Shown: piece after piece, positions 52,827 through 62,071 of the stretch
Layout of the letters: the number at the start of each line of letters is the position of its first letter
How positions within the stretch are numbered: position 1 is the first letter of the stretch
Assembly: GCA_965657355.1 (NCBI GenBank)
Contig: CBFHOE010000007.1
Location: forward strand, 240,113 to 304,112
DNA: 64,000 nucleotides
Direction: 5' to 3'
DNA from: Limisphaerales bacterium
Lineage (GTDB): Bacteria > Verrucomicrobiota > Verrucomicrobiia > Limisphaerales > JAJOIW01
Notes under the pieces: model-generated
The model's database searches: none
What the model was told of the DNA's origin: nothing
What the model saw: the letters and a program-made list of their open reading frames with translations, nothing else
Made by a program: the position numbers and the translations under genes

Positions 52827-53870
52827 TCAAGGTGTATTGTGTAAGTCCAGATTTAGCAGCGTCGCGACTTCTCGAACGCCATCGTACAGCCTATCCAATG
52901 AGTCCAGGCCTTGGTCTTCAGAGGGATCGACATACCAACGCTTCATTCTCTCAACGACTTCCGGGTGATCTTTGGCAGCCAACACGGCTTCTTTTACCGC
53001 CTGTTTGAAAGACTCTGGCATGTCGCGGCGAATGGCGAAGGGTGTTCTTGGAATGGGCGCCGATTGTCCGATAATGACGAGTTGGCCTTCTTTTGCATTT
53101 TGGTAGTGTTCTTTGAGCTCATCTTCAGTTCGATAAGTTTCATAATGCCCATCCGGAAACTCGGCAAAATCAACATGTCCCTGATGGTGCAGTTTCCATA
53201 TGGCATACCCGTAAGTTGCCCCAGCAATGACCTTGTCATTCCAGACGGAAAGAATGGACGAAGCGTGTGAACCGGCAAATACGGTTTTCATTTCATTGTC
53301 CGGATCCAGCCCTGATTTGATCAGCAACGACTTTGGAAATAAATGGCCGGAAGTGCTGGCTGGATCGACAAAGCTAAAATCGCGACCCTTCAGGTTCTGT
53401 AGTTTGTTGATCCCATTGCCTTTTTTGGTGATGATCAAGCTGTAGTAATAAGGTTTGATGGATGCATCGAAGACTGCAGGCTCGGATTTGGGCAACACAG
53501 TGACTCCCAGAGCCTCGGCATTGGCTTCCTTTGTAGCAAAACAATGCGCAAAGGGGCCGACCACCATGGCTTCGATGCGTTTAGCACGCATGGCTTCGAT
53601 GACGGTCGTATAAGTAGTGCCTGCCATCTGCGAGACAGGGATTCCAAGTTTTTTGGAAAGGAACTCGGTCATGGCCTCGGTGCGATCGGTTGTGTCGATG
53701 ACATCATCTCCGGCGAAGACTCCGATTCTAAATTCCTCGGGCCAGCCATCCGGGCGGGTGTTGGAGTGCGTTTCGTCCTTTGAACTGCAACTGGTCAAGA
53801 CAAGTTGCAAGACCAATGCAAGGCATCCTGTAAATCGGAGCGTCGTGGCGTTGGATAAGCAAATTTTCAT
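52827..53870 (-). CDS. phnD: Phosphonate ABC transporter substrate-binding lipoprotein
   Basis: Lipobox LTSC, YTTVIEAM, YYSLII, VDPASTSGHL.P, GSH. Confidence 0.9.
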   Translation of the reverse strand: MKICLSNATTLRFTGCLALVLQLVLTSCSSKDETHSNTRPDGWPEEFRIGVFAGDDVIDTTDRTEAMTEFLSKKLGIPVSQMAGTTYTTVIEAMRAKRIEAMVVGPFAHCFATKEANAEALGVTVLPKSEPAVFDASIKPYYYSLIITKKGNGINKLQNLKGRDFSFVDPASTSGHLFPKSLLIKSGLDPDNEMKTVFAGSHASSILSVWNDKVIAGATYGYAIWKLHHQGHVDFAEFPDGHYETYRTEDELKEHYQNAKEGQLVIIGQSAPIPRTPFAIRRDMPESFKQAVKEAVLAAKDHPEVVERMKRWYVDPSEDQGLDSLDRLYDGVREVATLLNLDLHNTP

Positions 53871-55549
53871 AGTAAACGTTTACGTATGGCGTCACTCAGG
53901 CGGTCAATCATGGTTACAGCCAGGATGATGAGAATGATGGCTCCCATCAGTTTTTGGTATTGGAACAAGTTATAGTATTGATGAATGATAAACCCGACCC
54001 CGCCGGCTCCGACCAAACCGAGAATGGTAGCGGTTCTTAGATTAGCCTCAAAATAGAGAATCGAGTAGGATGCCATGACGGGAAGCGCTTGGGGCAACAG
54101 GGCATATCGAAAGCTCAACAATGGTCCGGCACCGGTAGCCTTCATGGCCGTGACGGGCTGTGGATCCACCGATTCGATGACCTCGGCGAACACTTTACTC
54201 AATGATCCTACCGAAGCCATGGCGATGGCTAATGTCCCAGCAAATGGCCCGAGCCCCAATGCAGCCACCATGATGAGAGCAAACACAATGTCTGGAACGG
54301 CTCGGTTGGCATTGAGCAGAAAACGCATGATGTTGTAAACGACGGAGTGCGGGCTTACATTACTCGCCGCCAGCAGGCTCAAGGGAAGTGAAATTATTGC
54401 CCCGATGGTGGTGCCTAATACGGCCATCAACAGCGTCTCCCACAGGGTTGTGATCACCATGGGGTATTGAATGGTCCAACCGCCAGGAATCTTCCAGGTC
54501 GAATAATCCCATTCGGGAGGAAACAATCTTCCAACAAACTGAACAATGTGGGGGCTTCCTTCCGCCAAAGTGACCGGGTTTAGATCGGTGGAACGTATGG
54601 CACAAAAATAAAGCGCTGACAACGCTCCTAGGAAGGCGATGGTTTTCCAACTCCATTGGGGCCAGCGAGAAAAGGTGGCCGGATCCTTCAAGTTGGCAGA
54701 TTGTGATGATTCGTCCGCTGAGGATCGAGCATCTTCTCGGTGATAAATGGTTTTGATATGGGAATCGGTCAACTCCTCCGGTTTTCCATCAAATACGATG
54801 GCCCCGTCTGCGATACCAATGATACGATTGGCAAAGCGTCTGGCCAGTTCTGTTTGATGCAGTGAGACAAGGACGACTTTGCGATCTTCTTTAGCAAGCC
54901 TAGCAAGATCTTCCAACACTTCACTTGCCAGCACCGGGTCCAGGCTGGCCACGGGTTCGTCAGCCAGGACAATTTCAGGCTGCGAAATAAAGGCGCGAGC
55001 GATACCTACACGCTGTTTTTCACCGCCCGACAAGCGATCCAATCTGCGGTTGTGGTAAGCACCCATGCGGACTCGCTTCAGCGATTCAAGGGCCCGGTAT
55101 TTTTCTTTTGGGTGAAACCAGCCGAGCAATGAAAGGAACCAGTTTCGTTCTTCCAGGTTGCCTGCCAGCACATTGGTAAGCACTTTGCTTCGTCCCACCA
55201 AAGAAGATTCCTGCCAGACAAAGCCAATGCGGCGTTGGATACGACGCAGAGCCTGTCCCTTGGCGCCAATCACCTCGTTACCGCGAAACCGCACGCTTCC
55301 CGTTTCCGGTTGGATTAAGCCACAAATAGATTTAAGAAGGGTGGACTTACCTGAACCCGAAGGGCCTATAATCGCAATGATTTCAGGAGAGTGAACGGAC
55401 AGTGAGATGTTCTCCAAAGCATACGTATTGGGTGCATAAGAAACACTAAACGAATCGATCTCAATCACAGGCGGTTCATTCGCAGAAGCATAGGAATGTT
55501 CGCGTGCAGGGTTTCTGTCACATACTGATGCTTTTGGGAATTCTTTCAT
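53867..55549 (-). CDS. Fused phosphonate ABC ATPase (PhnC) and permease (PhnE)
   Basis: N-half GPSGSGKS, LSGGEKQR, ADEPVASLDP; C-half ET..MA..GT, RAVP, GLGP.AG, FEANLR.ATILGLVGAGG; single frame. Confidence 0.9.
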   Translation of the reverse strand: MKEFPKASVCDRNPAREHSYASANEPPVIEIDSFSVSYAPNTYALENISLSVHSPEIIAIIGPSGSGKSTLLKSICGLIQPETGSVRFRGNEVIGAKGQALRRIQRRIGFVWQESSLVGRSKVLTNVLAGNLEERNWFLSLLGWFHPKEKYRALESLKRVRMGAYHNRRLDRLSGGEKQRVGIARAFISQPEIVLADEPVASLDPVLASEVLEDLARLAKEDRKVVLVSLHQTELARRFANRIIGIADGAIVFDGKPEELTDSHIKTIYHREDARSSADESSQSANLKDPATFSRWPQWSWKTIAFLGALSALYFCAIRSTDLNPVTLAEGSPHIVQFVGRLFPPEWDYSTWKIPGGWTIQYPMVITTLWETLLMAVLGTTIGAIISLPLSLLAASNVSPHSVVYNIMRFLLNANRAVPDIVFALIMVAALGLGPFAGTLAIAMASVGSLSKVFAEVIESVDPQPVTAMKATGAGPLLSFRYALLPQALPVMASYSILYFEANLRTATILGLVGAGGVGFIIHQYYNLFQYQKLMGAIILIILAVTMIDRLSDAIRKRLL

Positions 55550-55576
55550 TAGGCTCAACTAACTTAAATGTTCAAA

Positions 55577-55630
55577 TTTAACAACCGAATTACTAAAGTT
55601 TAAGGTCGTCCATGTGACAAAACTGTGGCG
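55577..55630 (-). promoter_or_regulatory. Possible Pho-box-like 11-bp periodic repeats upstream of the phn operon
   Basis: Minus strand CGCCACA-GTTT-TGTCACA; plus strand TTTAACA/AATTACT/TTTAAGG at 11-nt spacing. Confidence 0.3.
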
Positions 55631-55716
55631 ATTCAATTGGGGGCCACTGCTATCTTCAGAGTCCAATGGTGCCTCTGCCTATATCCTTGTAACCATGTAA
55701 ATCGGAACTCACAACT

Positions 55717-56157
55717 CTTCGACGAAGGCGTCAGAACCACACTCATCAAGAACCTGATTAAGCTTGGAGTAGAAGGGAAAGGCAGTTGTTTTCAGAATCT
55801 GATTGGTTAAAAGCGCCGGGGGCTAAGAGAATTGTGCCGGTGTTACCAGTATTGGAACGGTGGTTAGAGAAGCGCGGTAAAAAATCAGGGAAGGTTGTAT
55901 CCGGTGAAGCAAGAGAACTTAGCATTGTTTTTAAAATATATCTCGCAAGCTGAAAAATCGAATGGGTCACAAACGGATTGCGCCACTCTGTATGTTCTTA
56001 TCGACTGGCAATTACGCGTGACACAGCGTCAGTCACCTTGGAAGCGGGTAATAATCCATCAATTTTATTGAGAAGATACAACCAAGCTGTGACTAAGCAG
56101 GAAGCCGAAGAATGGTTTAAACTGGTGCCGCATGATGCTGAAGGTAGAAATAAGTAG
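55717..56157 (+). pseudogene. Tyrosine integrase C-terminal catalytic fragment
   Basis: Frame 55801-56157: KRIVPVLPVLERWL...LAS*(55951)KIEWVTNGLRHSVCSYRLA...LEAGNNPSILLRRYNQAVTKQEAEEWF; GVRT motif upstream in another frame. Confidence 0.85.
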
Positions 56158-56297
56158 TCTCTGTCGGCTCACATTTCCGATGTATAACGAGGTTGTTACA
56201 AATTCGCCTTGTTACTGCCTGTAATGATTATTTTTATAATTTTTTAGGATATCCGAATATCCATACACATCCAATAAGATTAACCAACCGAATTATT

Positions 56298-57905
56298 ATG
56301 AAGAGATTCCTTATATTGCTAACATTAACATTTGCATTAGTCGCAAATGCGGACCATCACGAGAAAAGTGAAGGTAAAGAAGTCACTGCTGGCCAAAAAT
56401 CTGCACGTAAGCCTTACAACTATGTGGTCGTTGATTACATGGACGTAGTTGAAGGAAAAGAAAAAGATTATCTCAAAGCTGAGGGAATATGGCAGAAGGT
56501 TCACGAGTTCTGGGCCCAGGAAGGAAGAATTCTCGGTTGGGGTTGCGCAAAAGCTCGTGAGAACACTCTTGATATAGAATATATCACGTGGAAAATCGTA
56601 CACTCCAGGGAAGATGTCGTAGGACTCTACGATATGGAGTCAATAGAGAAAATATTAGGGGAGGATGACTTTAAAATACTTTCGGATTTAACCGGACCTT
56701 CGAGATCAATTGTTGGCGGCGAGGTGCTTAAGCTTTCTGATTTCACCTTGAGAGAGGCAGGCTCCAGTTTTGCTGAGCTAAGCGCCGAAAATTTAGTTTT
56801 TCACTGGAATTTTATGGCGCCAAGTGAAGGAAGATTTGCTGATTATTTGGAAGTAGAGCACAAATACGCTCAACCGTGGGCACAAGCAAATGTTCAGTAC
56901 AATCCTCGTTTCATTGGATGGGATTTACAAGAGGTAGTTTCAAGCAATGGCAAGACTCACTCCTCAAAGATCCGAACTGTTGATTTATTCCGCAAGGACT
57001 TATCTCTTTCTCAGACTGAACTGGACACGATCAACAAAACAATAAGTGATCTAGAAATCTGGCCCAAAGATCTGGACGTTTCTGCGATGCGAAAAATGGA
57101 ACGGGTTACTTTTGACGTCGTTTATAAAACCGACCAATCGAACAATGGAGTAGCTAAATTGTGGAAGGATCTGGAAGGTACTTGGACAGCACAAAACCCA
57201 GGTGGAGATGGCTACAGAACAAAGACAATCACACCATACAACGAAAAAATACAATACTTTAATCGACAAGGTGAACTACAAGGTACTGGGAATAAGCCAA
57301 TTTCAGTTGAATTCGCAAACCAGATACCTACTTTCACGGTTTACCGCAATGATGGACAAAAAGCTTTTTCAATACCATTCGAACTCAAAAACGGAAAGTG
57401 GATTGAGTATGCTGGTTTTGCAAATCCGGATTGGCCTACCTTTGTTTATGAGAAAACTGACAAGCCTGTTTATGAAGAATCATATACTCAAAGCGGACCT
57501 GACGTTGAGTTGATTAAAAAACTAATAAAAACTTGTGCAGCTGGTGATTTTGAGACCTATCGTTCCCTTTTTGTCGATGACGCTAATATTAGTCACAACT
57601 CTTGGGGTGATGAGGGGAAAATCACCATTGACCAATTGGTAGAAAATCACAAAACACATTATCAACAGTTAGCTAAACCCGACGAAATTATTAATGCTAT
57701 TTACGAGGTAGTGACACTGAAAGACGGTAGCAAACATGGACATGCTTGGGTTAATTGGAAAAGCACATATAAGACCGGGGAAGTGGTGGTCGCACCTTGT
57801 TTTATCGCACTGGGCATCAACGATGATTCGAAAATCTGGTACGAATGGGCCTTTTATGATACAGGCTTTTATCCTTCAAAATCTCCTTACAACAAAGATA
57901 AATGA
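56298..57905 (+). CDS. Secreted multidomain protein with C-terminal NTF2/SnoaL domain
   Basis: Signal peptide ending ANA-DHH, two similar N-terminal units, C-terminal GDFETYRSLFVDDA...EWAFYD. Confidence 0.7.
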   Translation: MKRFLILLTLTFALVANADHHEKSEGKEVTAGQKSARKPYNYVVVDYMDVVEGKEKDYLKAEGIWQKVHEFWAQEGRILGWGCAKARENTLDIEYITWKIVHSREDVVGLYDMESIEKILGEDDFKILSDLTGPSRSIVGGEVLKLSDFTLREAGSSFAELSAENLVFHWNFMAPSEGRFADYLEVEHKYAQPWAQANVQYNPRFIGWDLQEVVSSNGKTHSSKIRTVDLFRKDLSLSQTELDTINKTISDLEIWPKDLDVSAMRKMERVTFDVVYKTDQSNNGVAKLWKDLEGTWTAQNPGGDGYRTKTITPYNEKIQYFNRQGELQGTGNKPISVEFANQIPTFTVYRNDGQKAFSIPFELKNGKWIEYAGFANPDWPTFVYEKTDKPVYEESYTQSGPDVELIKKLIKTCAAGDFETYRSLFVDDANISHNSWGDEGKITIDQLVENHKTHYQQLAKPDEIINAIYEVVTLKDGSKHGHAWVNWKSTYKTGEVVVAPCFIALGINDDSKIWYEWAFYDTGFYPSKSPYNKDK

Positions 57906-58002
57906 TGTCAGAGGGTTAGTGTTCACTCATATCTTAGGATCGAGAGCAAAAGTCCATTAAGCAAATGGACCGGTCTTCGCTCTAACATTCTAGTTTTTAT
58001 GC

Positions 58003-58032
58003 AATCCCTACTGATTTTTATCAGTAGGGATT
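58003..58032. terminator. Perfect 13-bp inverted repeat, probable terminator
   Basis: AATCCCTACTGAT-TTTT-ATCAGTAGGGATT. Confidence 0.6.
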
Positions 58033-58389
58033 TATTGTTTTAAATCGGTTGTCTAGTTTTTCTGCTACCTGGTGATCGAATTGCTTTCGAAAAACCTCAG
58101 CCATCGCTGATAAAAACATAGAGAGTCGGATATTCTTCATCTATGATCTCTGGTTCGTTCTGTTTGAGATAATTCTTAAAGTTTTGGGATGCTCAGGACT
58201 TAACACTGAAAGGAAAAAAGAATATACGGGGACACCTCGTTACTTTGGCAAAATGGTGCCATTACTGGACTATAACCTCATCTTAAAAATTCACTTCAGA
58301 AGTGATCGGTCATTAACCTTCGAAGGTGTTTAAGTAGTGGAAGGATTTTGCTTGAAAAAATATAAAAATTGAGAATTTATACATGAGTT

Positions 58390-59589
58390 ATGTCTTCAGT
58401 CAAAAAAACCTTATTGATCATGTCATGTATCCTTTTAATTCAGGGTATGTCTTACGGACAAAAAAAAATAAATTTTGATACTAAAGAACTTATTTCTTTT
58501 CAACAGTCTTTAATAGATGACGAAATAACAGGTAGCAATGTAGCCATGATTTATAGTGAAGGGAAAAGAATATATCATGAAATTGTCCAATCTAATAAAA
58601 AAGGAGATAAAGACATTGATGAAAAAACTATTTTTCCAATTTGGTCGATGACAAAACCAGTAACTATAGTTTCTATGATGAGGCTTCATGAACAAGGGAA
58701 ATTTGATTGGGAAGATCCGTTGTCAAAATATATTCCTAGTTTTAAAAATCTTACTTACAAAGATGGATCTAAAATTAAAAAATGCGAAAATCAATTAAAA
58801 ATTATTCATCTAATGACTCACCGTTCTGGTTTTAAATATTATAATTGGGTTGATGAATACCCAAATGGTGGGACTTATGGATATTGGACTAAATTTAATA
58901 ATTTAAAGTCTTTTGTAGATGAGGTTTCACAGTATCCACTAGAATTTGAACCCGGTACGCAATATTTATATGGAATTAATCAGGCTATTCTTGGACGTCT
59001 CGTGGAAGTGCTAAGTGGACAAAATTTCGAGCAATATTTAAAAAACAACATATTTGATCCTTTAGGAATGAAGGATACGGGGTTTAGTTTGAATGAAGAA
59101 CAACGAAAGAGATTTCAACCACTTTGGATCAATTCAAATGAATTAAAGGGTTTTACTTATCAACTTGATGAACTTACTTACCATAAAGATAACAGAGCTT
59201 ATTTCGGAGGGGAGGGATTGGTGTCCACTATGGAAGACTATTCACGATTTTGCGAAATGCTATTAGGAGATGGAGTTTTTAGGGGGCAAAAAATCATTGG
59301 TAAGGAGAGTATTGAAACAATGCTCAAACCTTGGTCAAAAGGAGTTAATGATGCTCTTCATGAAAAACTTAAAGGTTACCATTATGGATTTTCTGTTTTT
59401 GTTCTAAATGACCCAATGGCTGATGACCGCAATGTTCCCAAGGGAATTTGGGGCTGGGCCGGCTATCACAATACCCACTTTTGGATAGATCCAAAAAACA
59501 AAGCTTTCGGCCTTTTTATGAGCCGAGCGAGAGAATTTACTTTTGATATCCCTCTAAATATTCGCAAGATAGTTTATCGGAAAAATTAA
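58390..59589 (+). CDS. Serine hydrolase of the beta-lactamase class C-like family
   Basis: SMTK (SxxK), HLMTHRSG, PLEFEPG..Y.Y, PLGMKDT, WGWAG; very AT-rich. Confidence 0.9.
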   Translation: MSSVKKTLLIMSCILLIQGMSYGQKKINFDTKELISFQQSLIDDEITGSNVAMIYSEGKRIYHEIVQSNKKGDKDIDEKTIFPIWSMTKPVTIVSMMRLHEQGKFDWEDPLSKYIPSFKNLTYKDGSKIKKCENQLKIIHLMTHRSGFKYYNWVDEYPNGGTYGYWTKFNNLKSFVDEVSQYPLEFEPGTQYLYGINQAILGRLVEVLSGQNFEQYLKNNIFDPLGMKDTGFSLNEEQRKRFQPLWINSNELKGFTYQLDELTYHKDNRAYFGGEGLVSTMEDYSRFCEMLLGDGVFRGQKIIGKESIETMLKPWSKGVNDALHEKLKGYHYGFSVFVLNDPMADDRNVPKGIWGWAGYHNTHFWIDPKNKAFGLFMSRAREFTFDIPLNIRKIVYRKN

Positions 59590-59769
59590 ACAAGGTCATT
59601 CAAGTGGTGGAGAGCTTTGGTTTAGTTGCCAGCGGCTTTCAATTTACCCAATTTGATGCAGTAAGTGCTTGTTTTTACCACCATACACCACCATTTTCTT
59701 TCAGGGGCACTTCAGAACAACACGTCAAAAATATACCCGCAAGTATAAAGAAATTTAAGGAAAAGTAAA

Positions 59770-60108
59770 ATGAAAGAGTTATCACCTATTGCTGAAGCTA
59801 TTCGTCATTATAAGCAAAATGCTAGCGGAGGTTATGAAGAGTGGGCCAAGGTGCCGTGCACAGAAAATTACAGAATGCATGTTCCTTCAATGGGATTCGA
59901 TGTTTCAGGCCCTGATGAAATTAAAGAAGTGATTTTTGGATGGCTTACTGAAATTGAGGCCAAACAAGAGTTAGTAGATATAGTTGAATTTGGATCCAAC
60001 GTAACTTGCTATCTTCGCATCTCTGTTAAAGGCGGAACAGTTTTGGATATCACTGAAATTTTTAAAACAGATGATGCCGGAAGAGTGGAGGAAATTTGGG
60101 CATTATGA
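59770..60108 (+). CDS. Small NTF2/SnoaL-like protein
   Basis: 112 aa, GPDEIK and FKTDDAGRVEEIW pattern; AAGGA RBS. Confidence 0.6.
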   Translation: MKELSPIAEAIRHYKQNASGGYEEWAKVPCTENYRMHVPSMGFDVSGPDEIKEVIFGWLTEIEAKQELVDIVEFGSNVTCYLRISVKGGTVLDITEIFKTDDAGRVEEIWAL

Positions 60109-60180
60109 TTTAAGGCCAATACTTTCAATTTCTTTCATCTTTTAATCTCAAGCATCAGCGTAGCATTAATAAAAAAGGGC

Positions 60181-60390
60181 AACCAAGTCGAATCTGAACT
60201 GATTGGAGTGTATAACAATGGCTTCCTCTGGGACAGAAGTGGTGATACGCCGCAAGGGCAACTCTATGAAAAGTGTCTCTTCGATTATTCGAAAGAGGGG
60301 CAGCTTACTCACCGTATTATTGGTCGAACACTCAATGGAGTTCCAGAAGGCCAAGAGCCAGATATCATTTTGGAAAAAGTATCTGAATAA
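60181..60390 (+). pseudogene. Orphan C-terminal fragment of a beta-barrel-type protein
   Basis: Protein-like frame ending IIGRTLNGVPEGQEPDIILEKVSE*, followed by a terminator, with no convincing start. Confidence 0.4.
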
Positions 60391-60420
60391 TCTATTCCAG
60401 TAATTTTTATTAAATCCAAG

Positions 60421-60451
60421 AAGAGACTTCCTTAGTTGGAGTCTCTTTTTT
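60421..60451 (+). terminator. Rho-independent terminator
   Basis: AAGAGACTTC/GGAGTCTCTT stem followed by a T run. Confidence 0.75.
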
Positions 60452-60760
60452 ATTGCATGGAGATTTTGTTTTGTGAGTATACACCTTTACTTACGGATCA
60501 AGCGATCAGGCTCATGGCCAATTTCACAGCTAGGATGAGTAAAGCCCGAACCGGTATTTATTCATTTTAAGGACGAATATTCCAAATTCATTGCAGGTTT
60601 AGCCATGATGGAAATACAAACTCTAAATTGAATCTTAATGGCCTTTTTCCAATGCTGTGCTAGCGTTTTTTTCAAAGGGCTTTTTATTTATCCGATCTCA
60701 GTCAGTTAAATACCTTCATCAGGGAACAAAAATTCACGTAAAAAAACAAAACATCATACC

Positions 60761-61771
60761 ATGAAATTAATAATTCTATCGATTCTAATAACAGCGATTT
60801 CTTTCAACCCTCTTTTTGCTGATCACCACAAATCTCAAGACCAAAAAAAGGAAAGTCTTGCGTTTTCTTTTCCCCTGCAGGGCTGGTGGAAGTTTGAATC
60901 CAAACCTGAGGCAGAAGAGAAAATTGTAAAGTATCTGTTTTCATGGGTAGATAAAGACACTGGTATTCAGAATTTGGTGGATATGAATATTGAACCTGGG
61001 TCTAAAGAAATTGGCCATATAACCAGAGTTTTTCAGGTTCCTACAGCGAACCCAAAGGTCCACAATCGGTTATGGGTTAACAATAATGGCGATTACGGCA
61101 AGACTACGCAGGTTGTAGAGGGCAACTCTATGATAGCAACCGTTGTTGGTTCGACCTCCAATGGGCTATTATCTGCGGTGATTCATACAACTTGGAATGC
61201 AGAAAAAAACGAGGCTCAGCGATTTATGTCCAATGTGATTGATGAAAACTCTGATTTTAAAACAAAGACCAAGACATTGTTTGGAAAGAAGATTTCTTAT
61301 AACCCTCTCAGAAACAGTGATGCAATAATGAGTATAGAAAGAAAGATTAACCCGGATAGGATGGATGGAAGATTGAATCGCTTGCTTGGAAAGTGGAATC
61401 GTACGAATGAGGCCAGGGATTCCAAAAAAATAGAAACATTCACTGCCATTGTTAAGGGAGCAGCGATGCTTGAGAAATTCTCTTTTTACCAAATCGAGGG
61501 AGATTCCGAATCGCTTAATGGTGGGGGGTATCAACTAAGCGTCAAAGATCCATCCAATGGTAAGTTGTCGATGTGGTTTATCAATAAAAACAATTTCAAT
61601 CACGCTGGCTATTGGCAAATTGAGGGTGACAAAACTTTTATCCAAAATTATCTGGATCGAAGATATGTGAGAGAAGTCAAAAATGACAAGGAAGTCCGAG
61701 CCTTTTACCAGGAGCTGAGAGATGGAAGTTACCTAAATCAAAAACCCATGATATTCAATAAAACCCCGTAG
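60761..61771 (+). CDS. Secreted hypothetical protein with two tandem beta-barrel-like units
   Basis: Signal peptide ending LFA-DHH; repeated L.G.W starts (LQGWW, LLGKW). Confidence 0.65.
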   Translation: MKLIILSILITAISFNPLFADHHKSQDQKKESLAFSFPLQGWWKFESKPEAEEKIVKYLFSWVDKDTGIQNLVDMNIEPGSKEIGHITRVFQVPTANPKVHNRLWVNNNGDYGKTTQVVEGNSMIATVVGSTSNGLLSAVIHTTWNAEKNEAQRFMSNVIDENSDFKTKTKTLFGKKISYNPLRNSDAIMSIERKINPDRMDGRLNRLLGKWNRTNEARDSKKIETFTAIVKGAAMLEKFSFYQIEGDSESLNGGGYQLSVKDPSNGKLSMWFINKNNFNHAGYWQIEGDKTFIQNYLDRRYVREVKNDKEVRAFYQELRDGSYLNQKPMIFNKTP

Positions 61772-61857
61772 CCCCTCCTAATTCATCAATAAACAGCATG
61801 TTTTCAAAGCTAGTTTTTTTGCAAGCTAGAATGGACGAATCAAAACAAGAAATCTAA

Positions 61858-62071
61858 CCTGCAGATCCAGATAGGATTTACAAGGATTCAGGTTGGATGT
61901 GATTTGGAGATTGGCTCGGATCAGGCACTAAAGCTCTCTTTAAAATTTGTGAACGAATGGAATGAATTTTGCAGGTTAGTCAATAAACCTGAAGATATAC
62001 CCAGTAAACCAGACAGGAAATATAAAAATGATGGTTGGAAAGGCTGGAATGATTGGCTAGGTAAGTCTTGA
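61858..62071 (+). pseudogene. Remnant of a Trp-rich repeat protein (phage-integrase-repeat/helicase-associated type)
   Basis: PADPDRIYKDSGWM*FGDWLG, then frameshifted EWNEFC..KPEDIPSKPDRKYKNDGWKGWNDWLGKS*. Confidence 0.7.

Noticed and set aside
46272..55394. Many plus-strand ORFs antisense to the phn genes (for example 46798-47367)
   Set aside because: Shadow ORFs of GC-richer coding sequence with no recognisable motifs
58390..59589. Antibiotic-resistance beta-lactamase
   Set aside because: Motifs fit the broad serine-hydrolase/esterase group; no AmpC-type KTG triad is seen
59770..60390. TGA readthrough fusing the NTF2 gene to the in-frame downstream fragment
   Set aside because: The NTF2 domain ends naturally at 60108, the linker is low-complexity and no SECIS-like hairpin is seen; chance frame match is likely
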